Assembly: GCA_963696305.1 (NCBI GenBank)
Contig: CAVOJX010000015.1
Coordinates: 44,505 to 108,504, forward strand
DNA: 64,000 nucleotides
Origin: Bryobacterales bacterium
Lineage (GTDB): Bacteria > Acidobacteriota > Terriglobia > Bryobacterales > Bryobacteraceae
Direction of reading: 5' to 3'
Position numbers and translations under genes: made by a program
Shown: one piece after another, positions 18,121-27,703 of the stretch
Position numbering within the stretch: the first letter of the stretch is position 1
Layout: each line of letters begins with the position of its first letter
Notes under the pieces: model-generated
What the model saw: the letters and a program-made list of their open reading frames with translations, nothing else
Databases searched by the model: none
Told to the model about the DNA's origin: nothing

Positions 18121-19596
18121 CTAACTCTCCAACACCCAGGTATCTTTTGATCCGCCGCCCTGCGAAGAATTCACCACTAACGAACCCTTTCGCAACGCCA
18201 CACGCGTCAAACCGCCCGGCACAACGGTCACCTTGTCCCCAAACAGCACGTATGGACGCAAGTCAACGTGTCGCGGCTCAATCTTGCCGTCCTCCACAAA
18301 ACAAGGCGCCGTCGAAAGCGATATCGTCGGCTGCGCAATATAGTTGCGCGGGTCCTGCATGATGCGGTCGCGAAACTCCCTGCGCTGCGCCTCGCTGCTG
18401 TGCGGACCAATCAGCATTCCATATCCGCCTGATTCGCCAACCGCCTTCACCACATATTTATCCAGATTGCCGCAAACATGCTGTCGCGACTTTTCATCCG
18501 TCATCAGGAACGTCTCAACGTTGTTGATAATCGGATCTTCACCCAGATAGTATTTAATGATCTTCGGCACATAGGCATAGATCGCCTTATCGTCCGCAAC
18601 TCCGGTTCCCAATGCGTTTGCCAGCACCACATTCCCAGCGCGATAAGCGTTGAAAATTCCTGCCGCGCCCAGCGATGAATCAGGCCGAAATGTCAGCGCG
18701 TCCAAAAAGTCATCATCCACGCGCCGGTAAATCACGTCCACTCGCTTCAAGCCGCTGGTGGTTCGCATGTACACAAAGTTGTCATGCACAACCAGGTCGC
18801 GCCCCTCTACAAGCTCAATTCCCATTTGCCGCGCCAGGTACGAGTGCTCGAAATACGCGGAGTTGTACACGCCCGGGGTCAGCAAAACAATCGTCGCTTG
18901 CGATCGCCCTTCCGGTGCCAGCGAACGCAGCGTCGAAAGCAGCGCCTGGCTGTAGTGCTCAATCGGCTTTACGCCATATTTACGGAACAGCACCGGGAAC
19001 GTTTGCTTCATCACCCGGCGGCTGGTCAACATGTAGGAAACCCCGCTAGGAACGCGCAGGTTGTCCTCCAAAACCACGAAATTGCCGTCCGGCAATCGAA
19101 TCAGGTCCGTGCCGCAAACCGTTACGTACACATCGCGCGCCACTTTAACGCCGCGCATCTGCCGCCGAAAGTGCTTACAGGTGTAAATGGTTTCACCTGG
19201 AATCACGCCGTCCTTCAGAATTTTGCCGTCGTTATAAACGTCCTTCAGGAAAAGGTTCAGCGCCGTGATGCGTTGCGTCAGGCCCCGTTCTATTACTTCC
19301 CATTCAGCACATGGAATAATGCGCGGCAAAAGATCGTGAGGAAAAATACGTTCCGTGCCTTCTTCGCGCCCATAGACGGTAAAAGTTATTCCCTGATTAA
19401 AAAAGGAAAGATCCGCTTCCAGTTTGCTGCGCCGGAGTTCGTCGGCCGGGAGGCTTTGCAATTTGGTGAACAGTGACCGGTAGTGGGCTCGAGGCCGGTT
19501 CTGGGACCGGAACATCTCGTCGTAGGCAGTACCTAACTCGTAATCAGCAAAGGGAGCTGGGATATATCGCTCCGAAAGTATAGACGGCGTCGCCAT
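18121..19596 (-). CDS. Circularly permuted type-2 ATP-grasp protein (DUF404/DUF407)
   Basis: About 490 aa. Conserved context with the alpha-E and transglutaminase genes. Family-typical blocks (TFTVYG, RIFPFDLLPRII-like, VLKPV-like [16 protein letters not shown]). Confidence 0.85.
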   Translation of the reverse strand: MATPSILSERYIPAPFADYELGTAYDEMFRSQNRPRAHYRSLFTKLQSLPADELRRSKLEADLSFFNQGITFTVYGREEGTERIFPHDLLPRIIPCAEWEVIERGLTQRITALNLFLKDVYNDGKILKDGVIPGETIYTCKHFRRQMRGVKVARDVYVTVCGTDLIRLPDGNFVVLEDNLRVPSGVSYMLTSRRVMKQTFPVLFRKYGVKPIEHYSQALLSTLRSLAPEGRSQATIVLLTPGVYNSAYFEHSYLARQMGIELVEGRDLVVHDNFVYMRTTSGLKRVDVIYRRVDDDFLDALTFRPDSSLGAAGIFNAYRAGNVVLANALGTGVADDKAIYAYVPKIIKYYLGEDPIINNVETFLMTDEKSRQHVCGNLDKYVVKAVGESGGYGMLIGPHSSEAQRREFRDRIMQDPRNYIAQPTISLSTAPCFVEDGKIEPRHVDLRPYVLFGDKVTVVPGGLTRVALRKGSLVVNSSQGGGSKDTWVLES

Positions 19597-19694
19597 GAGT
19601 CAATTTGAGTTGTCGCCGGAAACTCATCGACATGGAATCGCCCGGTGGAACGATTATTGAGTATATCGCCTGTGCCAGTTCAATGTCATTCATA

Positions 19695-20210
19695 TTAATA
19701 TTCTGGAAATGGTTTCGACAAAATGTCGTTTACCGAACCAGGTAATTTGTCGGCCTCTGCCAACAAAAAACTAACCTCCCACATTTGCTTCTCTGATAGC
19801 GACCTTGAGTATCCTGGCATCCCGGTCAGCCGAATTCCATTCGCAACTTTCCAATAAGTTTCACTTGCCGGATCATCGGTTACTCCCTTTCCCTTTAGCA
19901 ACTGCGGCGGATCTGGATACATACCCGCCGCAATCGCTGTCTTGTTCTGCCCAGGCAAACCATGGCACGCCGAGCAGTGCTCACGATAAAGGTGCGCTCC
20001 TTCCTGCAAATCCGATTCCGACGGTTGAAAAGTAGGATTCTTTGGCGCTTCCTTCTCAATTCGCGCATTCAGTGCCATGTGTGCCAGTTGTTTTTCAAAT
20101 GGCCATGGTGAAGAAGACGTTGCTACCGGCGCAAATCCGTACTTAAAATATCCATAAATAAACGCGCCAGCAACCAGAAACGCGAAAATGAAACCTGCGG
20201 CGAATCTCAT
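19695..20210 (-). CDS. Membrane-anchored class-I c-type cytochrome
   Basis: N-terminal TM helix, one haem motif CSACHG, and a distal Met region (LTGMPGY). Confidence 0.75.
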   Translation of the reverse strand: MRFAAGFIFAFLVAGAFIYGYFKYGFAPVATSSSPWPFEKQLAHMALNARIEKEAPKNPTFQPSESDLQEGAHLYREHCSACHGLPGQNKTAIAAGMYPDPPQLLKGKGVTDDPASETYWKVANGIRLTGMPGYSRSLSEKQMWEVSFLLAEADKLPGSVNDILSKPFPEY

Positions 20211-20228
20211 TCGGCTATTATAAGGTCG

Positions 20229-21212
20229 GTGAAAGTTGGCATTATTGGTTTAGGTTTCATGGGAGCCGCGCACGTCGCCGCTATTTCTGCATATCCAGCC
20301 GCAAAACTCGTTGCCGTGGCTGGGCGCGAAGAGAAAACTCGCAATGGAGATTTTTCTGACGTTGGCGGCAATCAGTCGCTGGGCAAGCGCGTCTTTGATT
20401 TTTCGGACGTGCGAAAGTACAGCGATTGGCGTGGCGTCATAGACGACAAAGATGTGGAGGCCGTATCCATTTGTCTGCCGTCCAACTATCATTGCGAAGC
20501 CACACTGGCCGCTTTGTCCGCCGGTAAGCATGTTCTCTGCGAAAAGCCCATGGCGTTAACGTCGTCCGACTGCGATCGCATGCTGGCTGCGGCTGCCGAC
20601 GAGAAACGCATACTCATGGTCGGCCACGTCCTCCGTTTTTGGCCGGAGTATTTGGCGCTGCGCAAGTTTGTTGAAAAAGGCGGCGTGCGCTATGCCATGT
20701 TCAACCGCAGATGTGCCCTCCCCGCCTGGAGTCCTTGGCTTCATGACGACTTGCACAGCGGCGGCGCCGTCCTCGATCTGCTCATCCACGATATTGATCA
20801 GATTCTGTCTCTCTTCGGCATGCCCGAACGTGTAACCGCTAAGCGCATTGGAGAGCACGATGCCCTCATGGCAAGCTTCCTCTATCCAGGCGGCCCGGAG
20901 GTTCGTTTGCAAGGCGGCTGGTTCGAATCCGGCGTTCCCTTCAGTATGTCGTTTCAAGTCCGCTCCGCGACCGGCGAAATGGAACTGACACCGGATGGTC
21001 TGATGCTCAGCGACAGCACTGGCGTTCGCTCCCGTGTGGATGTCGAACAGCAAGACGGCTACCAGACCGAGGTGCACTATTTTCTCGATTGCTGCCGCAG
21101 CAACACACAACCCCTCTTCTGCCCGCCAAACGAATCTGCCAAGGCTGTCAAAGTCGCGCTTGCGTTGAAACAATCACGCGCATTCGATGGGGAGCAAATT
21201 TCATGCAACTAG
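20229..21212 (+). CDS. Gfo/Idh/MocA-family NAD(P)-dependent oxidoreductase
   Basis: Rossmann N-terminus VGIIGLGFMGAAH and the EKP motif (VLCEKPMAL). GTG start. Confidence 0.85.
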   Translation: MKVGIIGLGFMGAAHVAAISAYPAAKLVAVAGREEKTRNGDFSDVGGNQSLGKRVFDFSDVRKYSDWRGVIDDKDVEAVSICLPSNYHCEATLAALSAGKHVLCEKPMALTSSDCDRMLAAAADEKRILMVGHVLRFWPEYLALRKFVEKGGVRYAMFNRRCALPAWSPWLHDDLHSGGAVLDLLIHDIDQILSLFGMPERVTAKRIGEHDALMASFLYPGGPEVRLQGGWFESGVPFSMSFQVRSATGEMELTPDGLMLSDSTGVRSRVDVEQQDGYQTEVHYFLDCCRSNTQPLFCPPNESAKAVKVALALKQSRAFDGEQISCN

Positions 21213-22045
21213 AGCCATTGGAAATTGGCGTCCTCTTCTGGGCCAAACCAGACGCGCGCCAGACTTTTCAGGAGGTCAAAAAATTCGGCCTCCGCGCCGG
21301 TCAAATCGGTTTCCCCGGCAACCTGCCTTTAGACGGCGCTGCAGACAACTGGCGGTCTGCTCTCTCCGGTGAAGCGTTCACACTAGTCACTGCGGTTTGT
21401 AGCTACGACGGTGAAATGTACTCCGACATTCCGACTGTAGAGGCCACCGTCGGCCTCATTCCTGAATCCACCCGAGCCCAACGCGTAGCCCGCACCAAAG
21501 CCGTATCCGACGTCGCCAAAATTCTGGGGATCGATTCCATCGCCTGCCACATCGGCGTCGTGCCTGCCGACACCGCCAGCCTTCGTTACCGTCAAGTGGT
21601 CGATCTCGCTCGCAACGTTTGCGATCACTGCGGCGCCAACGGCCAGCGCTTTACTCTCGAGACCGGACAAGAACCCGCCGACGAACTGTTGCGTTTCATC
21701 GCCGACGTAAAACGAGACAATCTGAAAATAAACTTCGATCCGGCGAACATGGTCTTGTATGGTAGTGATGATCCCATCGAAGCGTTGCGCACATTGGCGC
21801 CGCACGTCATCTCCGTCCATTGCAAAGATGGTGAATGGCCGCCCGAAGATCAACCAGGCGCCCTGGGTCTGGAAGTTGCCCTCGGCGAAGGCGAAGTGGG
21901 CATCGACATCTTTGTCCACACCTTGCGTGAAGTTGGCTATCAAGGTATCTTAAGCATCGAACGCGAATTTGAAAGTGCCGAACAGCGCCGTCAAGACATC
22001 ATTTCAGCAATCAAACTTCTCAAATGGTTAACCGGTCGCGATTGA
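21203..22045 (+). CDS. Sugar phosphate isomerase/epimerase (xylose-isomerase-like TIM barrel)
   Basis: The ORF is 21089..22045, but ATG 21203 (MQLEPLEIGV...) overlaps the upstream stop by 10 nt. The region before it is a shadow of the previous gene. Family-like blocks FTLETGQE, INFDPANM, HCKDG. Confidence 0.8.
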   Translation: MQLEPLEIGVLFWAKPDARQTFQEVKKFGLRAGQIGFPGNLPLDGAADNWRSALSGEAFTLVTAVCSYDGEMYSDIPTVEATVGLIPESTRAQRVARTKAVSDVAKILGIDSIACHIGVVPADTASLRYRQVVDLARNVCDHCGANGQRFTLETGQEPADELLRFIADVKRDNLKINFDPANMVLYGSDDPIEALRTLAPHVISVHCKDGEWPPEDQPGALGLEVALGEGEVGIDIFVHTLREVGYQGILSIEREFESAEQRRQDIISAIKLLKWLTGRD

Positions 22046-24717
22046 CTATTCGTCTTTTGTGGCTGTTGGCATTCAACGTTCTTCTTCTGCAAGCGCAAAC
22101 GCCTTCCGGCTTGCGTTGCGAATGGCAAACTCAGCCCATCGCCATACAAACAGATACGCCGCGCTTTAGCTGGATGATGTCCGGCACGCGTCCTGGCTTG
22201 TCCCAAACCGCTTATCGCGTGTTCGTCTCACACTCACATTCCGAAATCGCCAAGCATGTCGGTACAGAATGGGATTCAGGCCGCCTCGATTCTTCAGCAT
22301 CCTTACAAATCCGCTATGCCGGAACGAAACTAACCTCTTCCACCCCTTATTTTTGGACCGTCGAACTCTGGGATCAAGACGGCGCACCGCACTTCAGCGA
22401 TATCGCTACTTTTCAAACCGGCCTGCTCCGCCAAAACGATTGGAACGCGCTTTGGATCGCCGCCGCACAATCGCCTGAAAGAGAAACCAGTCTGCCACTA
22501 TTCCGGCGCGAGTTCAAAATCGACAAACGTGTCGCCCGCGCCATGGTCTACATTTCCGGACTCGGTCAATACGAACTCCACTTGAACGGCCAAAAGCTTG
22601 GCAAAGCTGTTCTTGCTCCCGGTTGGACAGACTATCGGAAAACTGTTCTCTATAACGCCTTCGACATCACAAACTCCCTCAAAAAAGGCGACAACGTTTT
22701 CGGCGTTTCCTTGGGCAACGGGATGTACAACGTCGAGCGAACAAAAGGCCGCTACACAAAGTTCAAAGGCAGTTTTGGTGAGCCCAAGTTGCTTTTTCAG
22801 GCGCAAATCACCTTCACTGACGGAACCAGCACGCAGATTGTCAGCGATCATTCCTGGTACACCGTTCAAGGCCCCATTACGTTTTCCTCTATCTACGGCG
22901 GAGAAGATTACGACGCCCGGCTCGAACAGCCGGGCTGGGACAAACCGGGCTTCAAACAGAAGGAATGGCTCCAAGCGCAGGAAACCGAAGGATCCGGTGG
23001 AAAGTTTGAAGCTCAACAAAGCCCGCCCATCGAAGTCGCGCAAACTTTCGATACCCGGAAAACCTCCGAACCGCAGCCCGGCGTCTTCGTATATGATCTT
23101 GGTCAAAACTTTTCCGGCTGGCCCGTCATTGCCGTCAAAGGTCCACGCGGCTCCTCGGTAAAACTAATCGCTGGCGAACTGCTCGACCGAAATGGCCTCG
23201 CCAGCCAGCGCAGTTCTGGCGGCCCACAGTGGTTCACTTACACACTCAAAGGCAACGGCGTGGAAGAATGGCATCCCAACTTCACTTATTGGGGCTTTCG
23301 CTATGTGCAAGTAGAACGCACTGCCGACGCAGGCGTCTATCCCGAAGTGCTCTCCGTTCGCGGTGAATTCACCCACGCCGCCGCCGAGCCTGTTGGAACA
23401 TTTGAGTCATCCAGTACTCTGTTGAACAACATCCACGAACTCATCGACAAAGCCATTCAAAGCAACCTGCAAAGCGTACTCACAGATTGTCCGCACCGCG
23501 AAAAACTCGGCTGGCTGGAACAATCGCATCTGGCCGGTTCCGCACTAACTTTTAACTTCGATCTCGCCACCACCTACGAAAAAATTGCGCAAGATATGGA
23601 CGACGCTCAACAGCCCGACGGTCTCGTACCCGACATCGCGCCCGAGTACACGGTTTTTGAAGCAGGCTTCCGCGATTCACCCGAATGGGGAAGCGCCATC
23701 GTCTTAGACCCCTGGCTTGCCTATCAAACTTATGGCGATACGGAAATCGTTGCCGCTCATTACGACGCCATGAAGCGCTATGTGGCCTATCTGTCCACCA
23801 AGTCGGAGAAAAACATACTTGCTTACGGTCTTGGAGATTGGTACGACATCGGCCCCGGCGATCCGGGCGAATCAAAACTCACCAGTCTCGGAGTCACTGC
23901 CACCGCGTTCTATTATCAGGACCTCGTGACGCTCTCAAAATGCGCGCATCTGCTAAACAAGCCGCAAGATGAAGCACTCTTTCGCCAGCAGGCTGACGCC
24001 GTGAAGGAAGCCTTCAACGCCAAGTTCTACAGTCCCGATATTCATGCGTACGATCACAACAGCCAGACTGCCTACGCTCTAGCTCTGGTTACCGGCATTG
24101 CGCCCGACGCTGACCGTACCATCCTGCTTGAGAAGTTGGTCAGCGACATCCGCGCGCACAATAACCACACAACCGCCGGCGACATCGGGTTTCATTACGT
24201 GGTGAAGGCCCTAACGGATGGCGGACGCTCCGATGTGCTGTTCGACATGTTGTCGCGCACCGACTCGCCCAGTTACGGCTATCAATTACAAAAAGGAGCA
24301 ACCGCCCTTACCGAAGCCTGGGACGCAAACCCCCAAAGCTCCCAGAATCATTTCATGCTGGGCCACGCCGAAGAATGGTTTTATCGCGGTCTCGCTGGAA
24401 TCGATTTCGATTACTCCCGTCCCCACGACCAGCGCCTCATCATCCAACCCGCTATCGTAGGCAATCTCACGTCTGCCGCTGCCACTTACGATTCGGTCTT
24501 CGGATTGATCTCCAGCTCTTGGCTGCGTTCCGAAGCCCAGCTAACTCTAACCATCGAGGTTCCGCCCAACCTGACAGCCCAAGTTATTTTCCCGGCAGCC
24601 CAAGTCGTTCCCGACACAAGCGCCGGGGTCAAGTTGCTCCGTTCCAGTGCCAACCAAAGCGTCTATCAAGTGCCATCCGGCCGCTACATCTTCCATTCAT
24701 CCCTACCGCCCCCGTAA
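22024..24717 (+). CDS. Secreted alpha-L-rhamnosidase (GH78 family)
   Basis: Signal peptide. N-terminal LRCEW...PRFSW...QTAYRVFVS pattern. Six-hairpin catalytic region with DCPHREKLGWLE. Confidence 0.8.
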   Translation: MVNRSRLTIRLLWLLAFNVLLLQAQTPSGLRCEWQTQPIAIQTDTPRFSWMMSGTRPGLSQTAYRVFVSHSHSEIAKHVGTEWDSGRLDSSASLQIRYAGTKLTSSTPYFWTVELWDQDGAPHFSDIATFQTGLLRQNDWNALWIAAAQSPERETSLPLFRREFKIDKRVARAMVYISGLGQYELHLNGQKLGKAVLAPGWTDYRKTVLYNAFDITNSLKKGDNVFGVSLGNGMYNVERTKGRYTKFKGSFGEPKLLFQAQITFTDGTSTQIVSDHSWYTVQGPITFSSIYGGEDYDARLEQPGWDKPGFKQKEWLQAQETEGSGGKFEAQQSPPIEVAQTFDTRKTSEPQPGVFVYDLGQNFSGWPVIAVKGPRGSSVKLIAGELLDRNGLASQRSSGGPQWFTYTLKGNGVEEWHPNFTYWGFRYVQVERTADAGVYPEVLSVRGEFTHAAAEPVGTFESSSTLLNNIHELIDKAIQSNLQSVLTDCPHREKLGWLEQSHLAGSALTFNFDLATTYEKIAQDMDDAQQPDGLVPDIAPEYTVFEAGFRDSPEWGSAIVLDPWLAYQTYGDTEIVAAHYDAMKRYVAYLSTKSEKNILAYGLGDWYDIGPGDPGESKLTSLGVTATAFYYQDLVTLSKCAHLLNKPQDEALFRQQADAVKEAFNAKFYSPDIHAYDHNSQTAYALALVTGIAPDADRTILLEKLVSDIRAHNNHTTAGDIGFHYVVKALTDGGRSDVLFDMLSRTDSPSYGYQLQKGATALTEAWDANPQSSQNHFMLGHAEEWFYRGLAGIDFDYSRPHDQRLIIQPAIVGNLTSAAATYDSVFGLISSSWLRSEAQLTLTIEVPPNLTAQVIFPAAQVVPDTSAGVKLLRSSANQSVYQVPSGRYIFHSSLPPP

Positions 24718-25346
24718 GACGGTTGAACAATGCGATCCGCGCATTTCTTTGGTACCCTTCAAGTGAGAAGGGCCTGCTCTTGTCGTCACGACAAAAGAGA
24801 ATTCGATATCTCGTCGTCATCGCTTTAATTGCGCTGCTATTGGGAGCGCTGTTCCTTCATGCCGCTACCCTCCCGGCCCTTGTAGCTGAAGTATTTTTCT
24901 TCCTGGTGCTGCTGACTCTTAGCAGTTATTTGCCCAAAGACACGATCAAAGCGACCCTGTCAATCAACGTGGGCAGTACAGCTCCCACCCGCGCCCCGCC
25001 GACATCCTCCTTCTAACTCCGCACCGGATGCACGCGAACCAAATCGCATAACTGCATCTTCTTTTGAATTAGCTGAATCTGGAGGAAATCTATGTCTATT
25101 TGTAATGGCATCGCGAGATTTGCTATCGCATCGGCTCGCAAACTTTTCAGCCGTCGATCCCGTGCATTAGTGGCAGGCGTTCTCCTCCTGCTGGGCGGCT
25201 TACCTTTCCGGCCCGAGGAAATCAAAGAACATATGCACACGATGAGCAAAGCCGAAATCATTCAAGCGTTGGAGCGTGATCAACAACCTTCAGAGACCCG
25301 CCGGGCCATGAAGAACCACTTGACACAAGCATTAATACCACAACAT

Positions 25347-25378
25347 AAAACAGCGCAGGTCCTTTCAAACCTGCGCTG
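25347..25378 (-). terminator. Intrinsic terminator downstream of the 119-aa ORF
   Basis: Minus-strand RNA: CAGCGCAGGU-UUGAAAGG-ACCUGCGCUG (10-bp perfect stem) followed by UUUU. Confidence 0.6.
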
Positions 25379-25402
25379 CTATTTGACTCGATGCAACAGG
25401 CT

Positions 25403-25762
25403 CTACTTGTCAAACGACGTACGATCAGTAGACGTCTTTCCAGACTGTGCGTCCGACAAAGTCGTAGTTCCGCTGCCGCGCCCCGGCGGTACCACTTGCG
25501 GTGCGGGTGAGCCGGATGTTGACGGAGTAACAGATGTTGACCCCGCTCCCGCGCCGGCTCCGGCACTCACGCCAGAAGTATCGACACCCTTCGAACCAAC
25601 CGACAAATTGGCGTCGCGCGCAATAGTATCGTTGATGCTCAAACCATGTGCTGTCTGCGAAGCTGTTCGAAAGCGCTCCGCTTCCCGTGCGCGGCGTTCC
25701 TCTTCCGTTAAGTCCTCTTCTGGGGTAACGATCTCATTGAATTTAGGATCAATCATACTCAT
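25403..25762 (-). CDS. Small acidic/low-complexity hypothetical protein
   Basis: 119-aa ORF (Ser/Thr/Gly/Ala-rich C-terminal half) followed 25 nt later by a strong hairpin + T-tract on the same strand. GGAG lies upstream, so the start may be the third codon, ATG 25756. Confidence 0.45.
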   Translation of the reverse strand: MSMIDPKFNEIVTPEEDLTEEERRAREAERFRTASQTAHGLSINDTIARDANLSVGSKGVDTSGVSAGAGAGAGSTSVTPSTSGSPAPQVVPPGRGSGTTTLSDAQSGKTSTDRTSFDK

Positions 25763-25878
25763 GTCTCCGCATGTTGGACCGGGAATGATAACGATGGGAT
25801 ATCTGCGAAAACTTCTAGAAAGTCGTTGCTAAAGGCCTCTTGCTAGAACAAACGCGTAGGCACACACTTATATACGAG

Positions 25879-27111
25879 CTAGTCGACAGACCCGCGAACT
25901 CTGTAACTAGGCAGCAGCCCAAACAGTGCAGCTGCGCCAATCACCATCCCCAGCGATACCATCAGCACGGCATGATACGAACCCGTATGGTCGAACACCG
26001 CACCCATAATCAACGGCCCGGTCGCACCTGCTACCGCATACACGCACCACGTGTATCCATACAGCCTCCCAAACCGCTCCAGCCCGAAGTAACGAGTCAG
26101 TAAATATGGCACCACGTCTGATTCTGCACCCATTCCTACGCCTATCAGAATCGCGCTCGTAATCGCCACCGGCCATTGATATCCGCGTAGAACCAGCACA
26201 AATCCAAGCGCGCACAAGGTCAAAAGCAGCGCCGCCACGCGATTCGCGCGAAATCGATCCAACAAGTATCCGGTACCCAACTTGCCGCCAAGCGCTGCCA
26301 TGCCGGCTATCGATAACACAAGTGCCGCTTCAGCCGCCGCCGCTCCTTGGTCCGTCAGTAGCGCGGCCCAATGCGTGTTCAATCCGTTTGTCGCGAAAGA
26401 GAACAACAAAAGCGCACCTGCTATCCCCAGAAACGGAATCGACCATACGCCGCTCCTGCCTTCTTGCTTCCCGTCGCCTTCCGCCGGAAGCATATTTGCG
26501 CCTTCTGGCTCACGCAGGAACAAGCTCGCCAATGGCATCGCGATCACCAAGATAACCACTCCGAACACGCCATAAGCCGTGCGCCAACTGTAGTTACTGA
26601 TAAGCCATTGCGCTAGCGGAGGGAACACCATCGAACCCAACCCCGAGCCTGCCATCACCGAAGCCAGTGCTTGCCCCCTGTGTTTGTCGAACCAAGCGCT
26701 CACAACGCGCGCGTACGCGAGCTGCGTCGTTCCATTTCCCACCGCCCCTAGCACTACGTAGATGACATAAAGATGCCACAAATGCGGTGTCAAAAACGCC
26801 ATCGATCCAAACGCCAGGCCATAGACCAGGGTGCATGGCAAGACAATTCGACGCGCCGGATACCGATCCAATAGATGTCCCAGCACCGGCGAACAAACCG
26901 CCACCGTCAACGCTGCCAGCGTGAATGCCAGCGACACCTCCCCGCGTGACCAATGAAAGCTCAACGTCAGCGGTTTTAGAAATATACCAAACGTATATAC
27001 GACAATGGACGCGAAGCTGACAAACACGCCGCAGCAAGCCGTGATGAGCACGGCCGCGCGGTCATTTCGTTGCAGGTTCGGGCGGGGGTTGTGAACTGCG
27101 AGCATAGCCAT
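25879..27111 (-). CDS. MFS transporter
   Basis: 410 aa, about 12 predicted hydrophobic helices, typical MFS loop 2-3 motif (GHLLDRYPARR). Confidence 0.85.
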   Translation of the reverse strand: MAMLAVHNPRPNLQRNDRAAVLITACCGVFVSFASIVVYTFGIFLKPLTLSFHWSRGEVSLAFTLAALTVAVCSPVLGHLLDRYPARRIVLPCTLVYGLAFGSMAFLTPHLWHLYVIYVVLGAVGNGTTQLAYARVVSAWFDKHRGQALASVMAGSGLGSMVFPPLAQWLISNYSWRTAYGVFGVVILVIAMPLASLFLREPEGANMLPAEGDGKQEGRSGVWSIPFLGIAGALLLFSFATNGLNTHWAALLTDQGAAAAEAALVLSIAGMAALGGKLGTGYLLDRFRANRVAALLLTLCALGFVLVLRGYQWPVAITSAILIGVGMGAESDVVPYLLTRYFGLERFGRLYGYTWCVYAVAGATGPLIMGAVFDHTGSYHAVLMVSLGMVIGAAALFGLLPSYRVRGSVD

Positions 27112-27688
27112 GAATTGCCGATCGTTTGGCGCCTACCGCATGTGCCGCATCGCTCATCGCGTGGACACCGCTCGCGTCAATCCAGCGGTTGTAAAAATTG
27201 AAAAGCGCACAAACTGTAATTGCGTAATAAATCGCCTCATCGGTGTAGCCGCTCGCATGCAGAACGTCAATGTCCTCCAGTTGAATGGTGTACGACACGT
27301 GATTCACCTTCACCACAAACCGCATCAGAACCTTCTCGGCCTCCGTCAGCGAAGATGTCTCCATATCTGCGAGTACGCTGTCCACGAGTTCCTTACTGCC
27401 CAATAATTCCGCCGCGACCGCGGCGTGTGACTTCGTTCAAAACGGGCACTGATTCAAGCTGGATGTGTAAGCTGCAATCAATTCCCTGAAACCGGGCGAC
27501 AGCGGAGAAGCCTCTCTCATCATTTCCTGCGTGAACCGCTCCAGGTGTGCCGTCGCTTTCATCTTGAATGAGAACATGTGGAGTATCTGTGGATACTCCG
27601 GTCCCATTCGCTTCATCATTTCAATGGCGCGTGTGTAGTTGTCGTCGCCTTTGTGCGCTTCAACATCTTTCAAAAACATTGGTTCCAT
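27062..27688 (-). CDS. AhpD-like / carboxymuconolactone-decarboxylase-family peroxidase-related protein with in-frame TGA (probable selenocysteine, CxxU)
   Basis: ORFs 27437..27688 and 27062..27403 share one frame, separated by a single TGA (27437-27439). The joined sequence reads ...LSPGFRELIAAYTSSLNQCPF-TGA-TKSHAAVAAELLG...ALFNFYNRW..., so the TGA falls on the second Cys of the family motif CxxCxxxH. Confidence 0.75.
27410..27425 (-). promoter_or_regulatory. Candidate bacterial SECIS hairpin
   Basis: The mRNA 11 nt after UGA reads CGCCGC-GGUC-GCGGCG: a 6 G-C pair stem with a GGUC tetraloop. Confidence 0.6.
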
Positions 27689-27703
27689 TGCTTAAACCCT
27701 TAT

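Noticed and set aside
20918-20930. GGTTCGAATCC, a tRNA T-loop-like string
   Set aside because: It lies inside the Gfo/Idh/MocA coding frame (..GGWFESGV..) and has no flanking acceptor, D or anticodon arms.
25092-25832. 246-aa plus-strand ORF
   Set aside because: It reads straight through a strong hairpin/T-tract that serves the opposite strand. Its composition is odd, and it overlaps the better-supported minus-strand 119-aa ORF. The minus ORF is preferred, at modest confidence.
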